Assembly: GCA_039028615.1 (NCBI GenBank)
Contig: JBCCHT010000002.1
Coordinates: forward strand, 512,001 to 576,000
Length of the DNA: 64,000 nt
Direction: 5' to 3'
Source: Myxococcota bacterium
Lineage (GTDB): Bacteria; Myxococcota_A; Polyangia; Nannocystales; Nannocystaceae
Part shown: positions 40,669-49,785 of the stretch, in pieces
How positions within the stretch are numbered: the stretch's first letter is position 1
Layout of the letters: each line of letters starts with the position of its first letter
The notes under the pieces: generated by a model
Seen by the model: only the letters and a program-made list of their open reading frames with translations
Database searches by the model: none
Told to the model about the DNA's origin: nothing
Translations under genes and position numbers: made by a program

Positions 40669-42036
40669 TCAGGGCCCAAGGCGAAGCTGCGGGGGCACCC
40701 GCCGCTTCGCCGTGATCGACTCGATGTCCTGGTAGGTGTCGAGCGCGTCCGCCCAGAACGAATCGGGCAGGTCGAAGAACATGACGCCGCGGATCAGGGT
40801 GGTGTTGCGGCTGCTCAGCGGCGGCAGCTGGTTCGTCCCCGGGTGCTGGTCCTTCGGCTCTCGAAACGCCGGCTGGGCGAATAGAGCCCGGGCCGCCCCG
40901 AGATGCTCGGCCGCGGGTCCCTCGATCCAGGGCTCCGCGGCCCCGTAGGTCGCGGGGGCGGCCCCCAGCGGCACCCACTCCGGCCGCGAGCGCCCTCGCC
41001 CCGACCACACCGTCTGCTCGAGCGCCACGATGTCTCCCGTGGCCAGCGCGGCGAAGGTTGGTGCCGACGGCACGGGTGACGCCAGCTCGAGATCGGGGCG
41101 TGGCTCGAGCGGAGCCGGCAGAGCATCGAGGTCCACGAGCACAAAGCCGAACCCTTCGAGGTCCGCGAGGTGGGTGAGCGTCTCGAGCTGGTCTCTGTCG
41201 CCGCCGAAGCGCTCCTCGGCCGCCGACCAGGCCTCGTCGACCGTCTTGGCGTGGGCGTCGAGCCCGAAACGCGTACGGAGCCAGCGGGCGTGCGACGACG
41301 CCTGCGGCCCGAGCACGAGCACACGCGCAGGGGAATCGTCGAGGTTCGTGGGGGCGAGGATTCGAGGCACGACGAAGGCGGAGGCCACCGCGACGAACAG
41401 CGTGATCGACAAGGCCGCCCAGGGATTGCGGATCGACTCCGTGGCGGCATCGAGCTCGAGCTCGGCGATGAGTTCCGTCGCCTCGCGCCGAGCCGCCGCC
41501 GCCCGGCGATGCTCCACGAACAGCAGCCCGGCCGCGAGAGTGAAGCAGACCACCAGCCCGAGCCATCGCAGCGGAATCTCGCGCAAGTCGGCTGCGGGCG
41601 AGTCCGCGTAGGCGTCATGCGTGTACCCGGTAGCCAAGCCCGCCGCGAGGACCGGCCCGGCGAGCGCCCAGGCACTCCGCTTCCAGCTCCGGCTGCGTTC
41701 GGCCAGCGCCGCCGCCTCGAGGGAGATACGGGCGGTGACGTCGAGGGTGAGCGGGGCCTTCGCCCGCCGCCCCACCAGCGCAGGAACCACCCCGATGACG
41801 ATCGCGATCGCCCCCAGCCGCATCATCCAGACGTCCGCCCGACCGATGACCACGATTCCCACCACCACGGCGACGACCACGAGCAACAGCGCCATCGTCC
41901 ACGAGGGGCCGGGCCCCGATGCCGAGGGGGGCAGTGCATCGGGACCCGGCAGCAGTGGTCCTTCGTCGGACCCGGCCAGGGACTCGCGCAGCGCGTCGAA
42001 CAACGGGTCGGAGTCATCGTCCAGGGGGCTGTTCAC
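40669..42036 (-). CDS. Multi-pass membrane protein, putative anti-sigma factor
   Basis: GTGA overlap with the ECF sigma stop; about 5 TM segments, then a soluble C-terminal domain. Confidence 0.65.
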   Translation of the reverse strand: MNSPLDDDSDPLFDALRESLAGSDEGPLLPGPDALPPSASGPGPSWTMALLLVVVAVVVGIVVIGRADVWMMRLGAIAIVIGVVPALVGRRAKAPLTLDVTARISLEAAALAERSRSWKRSAWALAGPVLAAGLATGYTHDAYADSPAADLREIPLRWLGLVVCFTLAAGLLFVEHRRAAAARREATELIAELELDAATESIRNPWAALSITLFVAVASAFVVPRILAPTNLDDSPARVLVLGPQASSHARWLRTRFGLDAHAKTVDEAWSAAEERFGGDRDQLETLTHLADLEGFGFVLVDLDALPAPLEPRPDLELASPVPSAPTFAALATGDIVALEQTVWSGRGRSRPEWVPLGAAPATYGAAEPWIEGPAAEHLGAARALFAQPAFREPKDQHPGTNQLPPLSSRNTTLIRGVMFFDLPDSFWADALDTYQDIESITAKRRVPPQLRLGP

Positions 42037-42518
42037 GACGGCGGTACTCCAATGTGATCGCGCAAATGCTGGCGGGCGCGGGTGAGCCGGACGGAGACGT
42101 TCTTCTCGGAGATGCCCAGCACGTCGCCGATCTCCACGTAGCGCAGCCCTTCGAGCCGCAGCACCACCACCTGCCGCAGCGACAGCGGCAGCGCGTCGAT
42201 GGCCCCTCGCAGCGCACGTCGCCGATCGGCCTCGTCGAGCGCCGCTTCGGGAGACGGAGCCTCGTCCACCGTCTCGCGCTCGGGCACGACGCGACGGCGC
42301 CGTCGCAGGTGAGAGATGGCCAGGTTGGTGGCGATCCGATAGGCAAAGACCTTGAGCGAGGCCTCGACCCGGTAGTTCGGCAGCGCATTCCACAGCGCCA
42401 AGGCGAGGTCTTGGACGAGGTCTTCTCGATCTTCCGCTCGCCGGGCATAGCTCCCCACCACCTGCGTCAGGCCACGGCCGTGCTCACGCAAAAGCTCCGT
42501 GTACCGCTCGCGGCGCAC
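42033..42518 (-). CDS. ECF sigma factor
   Basis: EDLVQDLALALW, FAYRIATN, LRYVEIGDVLGISEKNVSVRLTRAR. Start uncertain. Confidence 0.9.
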   Translation of the reverse strand: MRRERYTELLREHGRGLTQVVGSYARRAEDREDLVQDLALALWNALPNYRVEASLKVFAYRIATNLAISHLRRRRRVVPERETVDEAPSPEAALDEADRRRALRGAIDALPLSLRQVVVLRLEGLRYVEIGDVLGISEKNVSVRLTRARQHLRDHIGVPPS

Positions 42519-42742
42519 CGCCTCGGCCCCACGGGCTGCACTCCGCGCCGATGCGCCCGGCGCTACGCGGATCTCGCCCGATGGGCTCAGATCGAGCCTC
42601 CCGGGACGCCGGATCGGACGTAGCGCTCGCGCATGCCGTCCCACTGTCGGGGATCGCGGCAGTTCACTACAACCAAACTTCAATTTTCTTTGGGGTTCCA
42701 TGGTTTCGTAGGGATTTCGGGCGGCTGCGACTGCATGCGGCG

Positions 42743-45106
42743 ATGAAATGCTCTGCCTCGTCCTGTGGATTCCTGGCCGCCGTGCTCTCGGTGGGGTGCT
42801 CGACCTCGGCTCGATCGGTGGACCCCACCGCCCGGGTTCGTGACACCGCGACGCCAACGACCGCGCAGCAGCTGGACGAACTCGGCGAGCGGCTGGAGCG
42901 TGCCCGCGTCGAGGCCGAAGTTCCGGGCATGGCGGTCGCAGTGGTGCGTGGCGACGAAGTGCTGTTGGCCCGGGGCTTCGGTGTCGCCGACCAGCAGCGA
43001 GGCACCGCGGTCGATGTCGACACGCAGTTCGCCATCGGGTCGTGCACCAAGGCGTTCACCGCCACCGTCGTCGGCATGCTGATCGACGAGGGGACGATGC
43101 GGTGGGAGGCCCCGGTGTCTCAGGCGCTGCCCGAGCTCGATCTCCCCGGCGTGACGCTCATGGACCTGGCGACGCACCGCTCGGGGCGAGCGCGCATGAT
43201 GGACCCGATGCTGCTGGGTATGGCGCCCCTCGACGCGCCCACGCTGTTTGCCCACGCGGCCGCGGCTCGGATCGCCCACGAGCCCGGCACCGCGCTCGAG
43301 TACCTCAACGTCGGCTACATCGCGCTGGGAGAGGCGAGCGCCCGCGCCAGCGGGATGCCGTGGGACCAGCTGGTGCAGACGCGGGTCTTCGATCCGCTGG
43401 GGATGACCCACACTCGCGCCACCCCCCCACGGCCGAACGATCCGCTCGCCGTGGGCTACCAGTGGCACGAGGGGCAGCAACAGCACATCCCCCGCCCCAC
43501 CCACGGCCGGGACGGCGGCGCCGGGGCGATTCGATCCACCGCCCGCGACATGGCGCGATGGCTGCAGTTCCAGCTCGCGAACGGAACCGTGGGAGACACC
43601 CGACTCATCGCCGCGAGCACCTTGGCGCAGACTCGCTCGCCGCAGGTCGACCTCGGTGGCGACCGCGGCTACGGCCTCGGCTGGATCGTCGACGACGACG
43701 GCTGGAACGGGCACCGCATCATCGAGCACCGCGGCAACACCGATGGCTTCTCCGCCGTGGTGGCGATGGCCCCCGACGACGACCTCGGCGTGGTGATGAT
43801 GATGAATGCCGCCTACCGGGCAGAGGTCGTGTTTCCCGGCCCCGAGCTGGTGTGGGAGGCCTTGCTGCCCCCGCCGCAGCCCGTCGCCCCCGCGGTCCGC
43901 GAGGACTACGACGCGCTGGTCGGTGTCTATCGCGGGTCGATTCCCGGCCAGGGCGAGCGCCGCTTCGACTTCTTCGTCGAAGACGGCGTGCTCATGGGTG
44001 GGGTGGACATCGAAGTCATCCCCGCGACCCCGGTGGAGGCCCCCGATGCGGATGGGCTCCGTGCGCTGCGGGGCGTGCCGGGCATCCGCGTCTCGTTCGT
44101 GCGCGACCCGAGCGGACGGGCGAGCGCGTTCGTGCTCCATCAGGACGACTTCGCCTTCGAGATTCCTCGCGAGGGCATCGCCGTGCCGACCGAGGTCAGC
44201 CATGCCGACGTGGCCGACCAGCTCGGCTCGTATCGCTCGGTGGACGGCACCGCGGTCGAGGTTCGGATTCACCGCGGACGCCTCGCCCTCGAGTGGGGGC
44301 CTTCGGCCACCCCGCTGCCCGCGGGGACCTACGACCTGCAGCGCCCCGACGCGCAGGGCCGCTGGAGCTATCGCAGCAACCCCAGCTACGGGGCGACCTT
44401 CGGCCCACAGGCGCTCACCCTCGACGGCGGCGGCCGTACAGTGGAGTTCCGGCGCCTCGACGAGCGCTCGGCATCCCATCGCAAGACCCTCGATGCGCTC
44501 GAGCGACTTCGCCGGCCTCGATACACCGCGCTCTCGACTGTCGGCTCGATTCGGCTCCAGCGCGACCTTCACTATCCCTTCGCGGGCGTCACGGGCACGG
44601 GCTCGCTTCGCTTCGACACGAGCCGAATCCACGCGGCGTGGGACTTGGCCGAGCTCGGCCACGGCACGCACATCATCGACCACGGGACACATCACGAGAC
44701 CACCAGCCTCGGCGCCTTCGAGGGGCTGCAGGCCCGGCTCATCGCCGCCGCCCGAGCCGAGCAACCGCGGATCCAGTTTGGCGACTGGCGAAGCCACTTC
44801 GACGCGGTGGAGGTCATCGGGCACAGCCGAGACGACGGACACCCGGTCGCGTTGGTTCGGCTCACGGGTTCGGGCGACCGCGCCCACTCGATGTGGGTCG
44901 ACCTCGAGACCGGCGACGTACGACGGCTCCACCAGCGCGTGCCGATGCCCGAGTTCGGCACCGAGGTCGCCGTCGTCACCGAGTTCTCCGAGTTTCGAAC
45001 GATCCGAGGCATTCGCATTCCCCATCGGGCGCAGCTGACCGTCGGGGACGGCTTCAACGTCATGGTCGAGACCGTCACCGAGGTGACCGTGGAGCGGGAT
45101 TCGTAG
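42743..45106 (+). CDS. Serine hydrolase (beta-lactamase/AmpC-like family) lipoprotein with C-terminal extension
   Basis: FAIGSCTK (SxxK), EYLN (YxN), HRGNTDG; lipobox SVGC. Confidence 0.88.
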   Translation: MKCSASSCGFLAAVLSVGCSTSARSVDPTARVRDTATPTTAQQLDELGERLERARVEAEVPGMAVAVVRGDEVLLARGFGVADQQRGTAVDVDTQFAIGSCTKAFTATVVGMLIDEGTMRWEAPVSQALPELDLPGVTLMDLATHRSGRARMMDPMLLGMAPLDAPTLFAHAAAARIAHEPGTALEYLNVGYIALGEASARASGMPWDQLVQTRVFDPLGMTHTRATPPRPNDPLAVGYQWHEGQQQHIPRPTHGRDGGAGAIRSTARDMARWLQFQLANGTVGDTRLIAASTLAQTRSPQVDLGGDRGYGLGWIVDDDGWNGHRIIEHRGNTDGFSAVVAMAPDDDLGVVMMMNAAYRAEVVFPGPELVWEALLPPPQPVAPAVREDYDALVGVYRGSIPGQGERRFDFFVEDGVLMGGVDIEVIPATPVEAPDADGLRALRGVPGIRVSFVRDPSGRASAFVLHQDDFAFEIPREGIAVPTEVSHADVADQLGSYRSVDGTAVEVRIHRGRLALEWGPSATPLPAGTYDLQRPDAQGRWSYRSNPSYGATFGPQALTLDGGGRTVEFRRLDERSASHRKTLDALERLRRPRYTALSTVGSIRLQRDLHYPFAGVTGTGSLRFDTSRIHAAWDLAELGHGTHIIDHGTHHETTSLGAFEGLQARLIAAARAEQPRIQFGDWRSHFDAVEVIGHSRDDGHPVALVRLTGSGDRAHSMWVDLETGDVRRLHQRVPMPEFGTEVAVVTEFSEFRTIRGIRIPHRAQLTVGDGFNVMVETVTEVTVERDS

Positions 45107-45111
45107 CGGCG

Positions 45112-46455
45112 CTATCGTCGACCGCGGTAGAGCACGAGCGCGTCGTCGTTGCGGTGGGCCGTGACCACGTCGGCGAGGCCGTCGCCATCGAAGTCGCCGA
45201 TCCGCACCGGGCCGCCCGTGTCGATGCCTGCGGGCGCGGGCACGCGTACGACCGACTCGAAGGGCTCGGCCCCGCCGCCCAACCGAACGACGAGCGAGGC
45301 CGACTGATCGAGCACCGCGTGATGGCTCGAGACGGTATCGACCGCACCATCACCGTCGAGGTCGGCCACCGCCATGTCCGAGCCGCCACAGTCGAGAGGC
45401 AGCGTGGTCTCTCGGCCCCATCCCACGCCGTAGATCGCACCGAGATCCAGGCCTTCGAACACCCTCAAGCTGGTGTAGACCGCCAGCGGCTGCCCGTCGA
45501 TTTCCACGCGGGCCTCGTCATCAACGGCCAGCAGGAGCAGGTCGGTGAACCCGTTGTCGTCGAAGTCGACGACTTCGATGTCCAAGGTCCGCAGAAAGGG
45601 CAGCTCCATCTGCATGTTCATGGAGGCGGCGAAGTCGGGGAGCTGGCGCCACAAATAGATGCGATTTTCTCGAGCGTGCAGGTGGTCGCCCACCACGAAG
45701 TCGTCGACGTGGGCCACCGTGCGCGGGTGATACACCGCGCCCGGCTCGTCGTAGCGGGCCGTGGCGGTGAAGGTGCCAGAGCCATCGTTGAGCAGCGTGA
45801 TGCGATTTTGACGCGCGCCCGCGATGATGACGGACAGATCGAGGTCGCCGTCGCGGTCGTCGTCGATGAGCTGCGGCCCCCACGAGAGCTGAGGATCGAC
45901 CAGCACGATGTCCCCCTCCAAAAAGCCTCCGGCCCCGTCGCCGCGCATCAGGTCGATCTGCCCGGAGTCGCTCACCGTCACCACGTCGACGAAGCCATCG
46001 CCGTCGAGGTCGCCCGTGCCCGCAGAGGTGAGCGCCGTGCCCACATCGACCGGAGACGGCCACTCGACGTCGGCGCCCAGCGGATCTACGGCATCTCCGA
46101 GCCGAAGGTGCAGCGCGCCCGACTCGGTCGACCAGCTCACGTCCGCCGTGCCATCGCCATCGAAGTCGCCGACCGCGGTGCCATGGGGGTCAGCGCCCAG
46201 CGCGATGATCACGGGGTCGTGGAAGCACAGCTCACCCGGCTGAGCCACCCCGTCACCGCACTGCGATCGATCCGCCGTGGTCGGCACGTTGCAGGTCCGC
46301 AGCTCTTCGAGCGAGACGCCATCCGATGCCCCCTCGCTCTCCGACTCGCCTTCGCAATCACCCACGCAGATCTGGGGGTCGTTGCATCCGACGAGCGTCC
46401 AGCCGAACAGGGCCAGCGCCAGGGGCACGGGGTGAGGCTTCACGATAGGGTTCAT
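45112..46455 (-). CDS. FG-GAP/VCBS repeat lipoprotein
   Basis: Repeated (G/A)DxDGDGxxD motifs; lipobox LVGC. Confidence 0.88.
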   Translation of the reverse strand: MNPIVKPHPVPLALALFGWTLVGCNDPQICVGDCEGESESEGASDGVSLEELRTCNVPTTADRSQCGDGVAQPGELCFHDPVIIALGADPHGTAVGDFDGDGTADVSWSTESGALHLRLGDAVDPLGADVEWPSPVDVGTALTSAGTGDLDGDGFVDVVTVSDSGQIDLMRGDGAGGFLEGDIVLVDPQLSWGPQLIDDDRDGDLDLSVIIAGARQNRITLLNDGSGTFTATARYDEPGAVYHPRTVAHVDDFVVGDHLHARENRIYLWRQLPDFAASMNMQMELPFLRTLDIEVVDFDDNGFTDLLLLAVDDEARVEIDGQPLAVYTSLRVFEGLDLGAIYGVGWGRETTLPLDCGGSDMAVADLDGDGAVDTVSSHHAVLDQSASLVVRLGGGAEPFESVVRVPAPAGIDTGGPVRIGDFDGDGLADVVTAHRNDDALVLYRGRR

Positions 46456-46460
46456 GACCA

Positions 46461-46490
46461 ATGGTCCGGGCCGCCGGGCGTCATCGTGAA
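46461..46490 (-). promoter_or_regulatory. Candidate ECF promoter, copy 2 (before FG-GAP gene)
   Basis: TTCACGATGAC-13nt-GACCAT, ending 5 nt before the ATG; same layout as 47732-47761. Confidence 0.55.
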
Positions 46491-47713
46491 GGTTTCGACG
46501 GCCGAGGGACGATTCGCTCGCAGGGCGATGGGCCCGGCTCGAGAGACGACCCCGGCCAGTCGCGGGCAAAGCGGGTAGCGGCTCGATTCGCGTCGTCCAC
46601 CCGCCCCGCATCGCACAGCGCATCGATGCGCAGCGCCGCGACTTCGGAGCCCAGGGTGCCCGCCGAAAAGCGGGTTTGGTGCTGCGACGCCAGCTCGAGG
46701 GCACGTCGCGGCCGTCGTTGATGCAGCGCGTCTCGCATCGCACGGACCAGCTCGAGCTCACGCTGAAGCCCGGGCACCGGGGCCTCCGCGCTTCGTTTCT
46801 CGCGCCCGGTCGGAACGTGGGCGGTCGAAGCGGAAGGCGCTCGGGCGGCGGGCGGGTCGACGGCGGCCAAGGTCGGCGGCACCTCGGGGCTCGACGCCAT
46901 CCCCTTGGTCGGCGAGCTCGAGGCCGCGACGACCGCTGCTCGCGGCTCGCTCGTGGGCGTCGGCTCGGCAGGCTCGGGTGACGATCCCAGGCTCAGCCCC
47001 ACCACCACCGCGACCACGGGCACCACCACCGCGGCCACGACGGCCGGCGTGGGCACGGACGCCAGCCACGGGGTCGCCACCGGAGCCAGATCCAGCGCCA
47101 CCACCAACGAAGCCCAGATCCGCCGCCGTTGCCCGGGACGGGGCCGCTCCCGAGCTACCGCGGGTGCGAGCTGGCGGGCGTTCATCACCGGGCCCGCTTC
47201 GCGTGCGGCGAGCCGCCGTACCATGCGGTCGAGCTTCATTCGTGCCGCGCGAAGCCGGGCGTGCACGGTGTTGACGTTGACGTCGAGGCTGCGCGCAATC
47301 TCGTGCCCTTGGAGCCCGCCGAACTCGGTCAGCACGAACACCGCCGCCTTGTCCTCGTCGAGCTCCCGAATGAACGCGCGCAGGATCTCGAGGGCCTCGG
47401 CGCGAGCCACCGCGTCGTCGAGATCGGGCCCGCCCTCGAGCTCGGGCAGCTCGAAGTTCCGCGCCGCGTCGGTGCTCGCCCGCTGTCGGTAGCGCCACGC
47501 CACTCGCCGCGCGATCTGATACAGCCACGTCCGCAGCGTCGACCGCCCTTCGAACTCCTCCAGGCGGCGATGCACCACGATGAACACGTCCTGCACCGCG
47601 TCGTCGACGGCCGCATCGGTGACGCCCAGGCACCGAAGCGAGCGCCACACGAAGTCGTGGTGCTCGCGGTAGACCGCCGACAAGGCGTGACGAGATGCAG
47701 CGGTGAGCTTCAT
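46481..47713 (-). CDS. ECF sigma factor fused to TM segment, Pro/Ala linker and TPR-like C-terminal domain
   Basis: DDAVQDVF..FEGRSTLRTWLYQI, EIARSLDVNVNTVHARLRAAR, then TM AVVAAVVVPVVAVVVGL and ELELV..ALELASQHQTRFSAGTLGSE. Confidence 0.87.
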   Translation of the reverse strand: MKLTAASRHALSAVYREHHDFVWRSLRCLGVTDAAVDDAVQDVFIVVHRRLEEFEGRSTLRTWLYQIARRVAWRYRQRASTDAARNFELPELEGGPDLDDAVARAEALEILRAFIRELDEDKAAVFVLTEFGGLQGHEIARSLDVNVNTVHARLRAARMKLDRMVRRLAAREAGPVMNARQLAPAVARERPRPGQRRRIWASLVVALDLAPVATPWLASVPTPAVVAAVVVPVVAVVVGLSLGSSPEPAEPTPTSEPRAAVVAASSSPTKGMASSPEVPPTLAAVDPPAARAPSASTAHVPTGREKRSAEAPVPGLQRELELVRAMRDALHQRRPRRALELASQHQTRFSAGTLGSEVAALRIDALCDAGRVDDANRAATRFARDWPGSSLEPGPSPCERIVPRPSKPSR

Positions 47714-48759
47714 GCGGAGGGGCGTGTACGTATTGTCTTCGCCCGCCCGCCTCGTCGTGAACCAAAGTGAAGCTCGAGGCCGAGCCACAGCCGCGCGCCG
47801 GACGCACCGGTCTGGGTGACGGCGACCGAGCCCACGGAAAACTGCGGCTGAAGGAGGGGTACCGTGCCCTCCAGGGCCAAATACGGCGCGACCACGGGGG
47901 TCACCGCCACGCTCAGCCCGGCCGACAGATTCGCCGCGCCCCACCCCGTCCACTGTGTGGCGGGCTGCTGCACCCCGGTCGTACCGACCCCGCGCAGGCC
48001 CGCGACCTCCGCACCCAGGCACAGCGGCATGCGCAGCCGACCCAGCGTGGGTACCCCGCAGCCGCGGACCAGGCCGCCCACCAGGTCGAGCCGCACGCCC
48101 ACCGTCTGGGATGCATCGAGGCCCGTGCGTGCGGGCCAGCCTCGCGCCCCCAGCTCGACTCGCCAGCCCCGACCGGTGAGGCCTCCGACGACGCCCAGCC
48201 CGGCGCCCAGGCCCGGCAGGATGCCCGAGCCGACCCCTCCTTCGAATCGCAGCAGCCCGACGACGCGCGGCCGGGGCGAGTCGGCCGGCGGAGGTGGCTG
48301 GGTCCGCGAACTCGCCGATGCCGGGACGACAGCCACTGAGCGCGGCGCAGGTTCATCGCGCGACGGCGCCGGTCGGACCTTGGCTCGGGGGGCGGAGGTC
48401 GGAGTCCACGTCACCGACTCAGGGCGCTGCACGGCGGGCTTGGTCGCCGCCCCCAGGGCATCGACATGCACCGCCACGATCAACGCGACCGCCCGAGCCA
48501 GGGCTCGGCAATCCTCGGCTTCGAATGTCCGTCGTTCCTCACGTCCGCCCGGCGCCTGCAAGCGCAGCTGCACCCGCCACCGCTCGCCACGGCGCTGCAC
48601 CTGCCCGTGCACCAGGGAAAGCTCGCTCGCGTCGCTTCGAACGAGCGCCGCGATCTGCTCGTCGACCGCGTCGCCCGAGGGACACCCCGCCGGAGCGTCC
48701 CAGGTGATCGGTGCCGCGCCGACCAGCAGCCACGACCCCAGGGCAGCGAGCGCGGCCAC
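47710..48759 (-). CDS. Exported protein with small Cys-pair N-domain, Pro linker and putative outer-membrane beta-barrel
   Basis: WDAPAGCP..DCRALA; alternating Gly/hydrophobic strands ending LWLGLELHF; ATGA overlap with sigma. Confidence 0.7.
   Translation of the reverse strand: MAALAALGSWLLVGAAPITWDAPAGCPSGDAVDEQIAALVRSDASELSLVHGQVQRRGERWRVQLRLQAPGGREERRTFEAEDCRALARAVALIVAVHVDALGAATKPAVQRPESVTWTPTSAPRAKVRPAPSRDEPAPRSVAVVPASASSRTQPPPPADSPRPRVVGLLRFEGGVGSGILPGLGAGLGVVGGLTGRGWRVELGARGWPARTGLDASQTVGVRLDLVGGLVRGCGVPTLGRLRMPLCLGAEVAGLRGVGTTGVQQPATQWTGWGAANLSAGLSVAVTPVVAPYLALEGTVPLLQPQFSVGSVAVTQTGASGARLWLGLELHFGSRRGGRAKTIRTRPSA
47732..47761 (-). promoter_or_regulatory. Candidate ECF promoter, copy 1 (before sigma gene, autoregulatory)
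   Basis: TTCACGACGAG-13nt-GACAAT. Confidence 0.55.
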
Positions 48760-48766
48760 GACCGCC

Positions 48767-49558
48767 TCAGCCGCGAGCCGCCAGGGCCCGCTCGGCGGCG
48801 AGTTTCTTCTGGTACTTGCTCTGCACCACGTCCACGATGACCAGCACCGCGATCGAGAAGTAGAAGGTGGTCTTGGACAGCGGCTCGACGGCGTAGCCGA
48901 ACAGCTTGAGGTGCGCGACGTGGCCGCCCTCGCCCAGCAGCACCACGCCCACGATCAGCAGGATGAACAGGCCGAGCACCTCGTACTTGCGGTTGCGCTT
49001 GAGGAACTCGGAGACCCGGTCCGCCATGAACAGCATGGCCAGGCCCGAGCCGATGATCGCGATGGCGAGCACGACGAAGACCTTGGTGATGGCCAGCGCG
49101 GAGAGAATGGAGTCGAAGGAGAAGATCAGGTTCATCAGCACCAGCATGGCGATGACCTGCCCCACCGATTTCGGCCCCTTCTTCTCGATGTCCGCCTCGA
49201 GATCCTCGATGGCCATCATGTGGCTGATCTCTTTGACCGCGGTGTACATGATGAAGCCGCCGCCGAAGAGGAACACGATCACCGAGAAGTTGAACGAGCC
49301 CTCGATGATCCCCTCGGCGTCGAGATGGAAGAAGGGCTCGGTGAAGGTCTCGATGAGGTTGACCATCACGAACAGCAGCACGATGCGCAGCGCAATCGCG
49401 ATGAGGATCGCGTTGCGGCGCACCCTTGCCTGGTCCTTCTCGGGAGCCCGCTTGGACTCGATCGAGATGTACAGCAGGTTGTCGAAGCCCAAAACGGCCT
49501 GCAAAAAGAGCAGGACGCCCAGGTTGGCGAGGTTCTCGAGCGTGAACAGTTCGGCCAT
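48767..49558 (-). CDS. TerC family membrane protein
   Basis: LQAVLGFDNLLYI, NLIFSFDSILSA, LGLFILLIVG. Confidence 0.92.
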   Translation of the reverse strand: MAELFTLENLANLGVLLFLQAVLGFDNLLYISIESKRAPEKDQARVRRNAILIAIALRIVLLFVMVNLIETFTEPFFHLDAEGIIEGSFNFSVIVFLFGGGFIMYTAVKEISHMMAIEDLEADIEKKGPKSVGQVIAMLVLMNLIFSFDSILSALAITKVFVVLAIAIIGSGLAMLFMADRVSEFLKRNRKYEVLGLFILLIVGVVLLGEGGHVAHLKLFGYAVEPLSKTTFYFSIAVLVIVDVVQSKYQKKLAAERALAARG

Positions 49559-49785
49559 GGCAAAGGGAGCTTTCGCGCCATGACTATGCCGCAGCGAGCG
49601 AGCGCAGCAAAAGAGACACGGGGCTGAAAACCACGAAACGACGGTGCTCGAAGGCGTGGCGGCTCGGGGAGGACAAACGAGCCAAACCCCGGCCAGAAGG
49701 CCGAGAGGCAGCGCGTGGGCTGCTTTACATCGTGCCCGGTTCCCGGGGAAAATCGACGTGCCCCCAAACCAAAGGTCTGCATCGC

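Noticed and set aside
43042..46578. 1178-aa plus-strand ORF and the many other long Arg/Pro/Ala-rich alternative-frame ORFs
   Set aside because: Expected stop-codon scarcity at high GC; they overlap well-supported genes and have no recognisable motifs.
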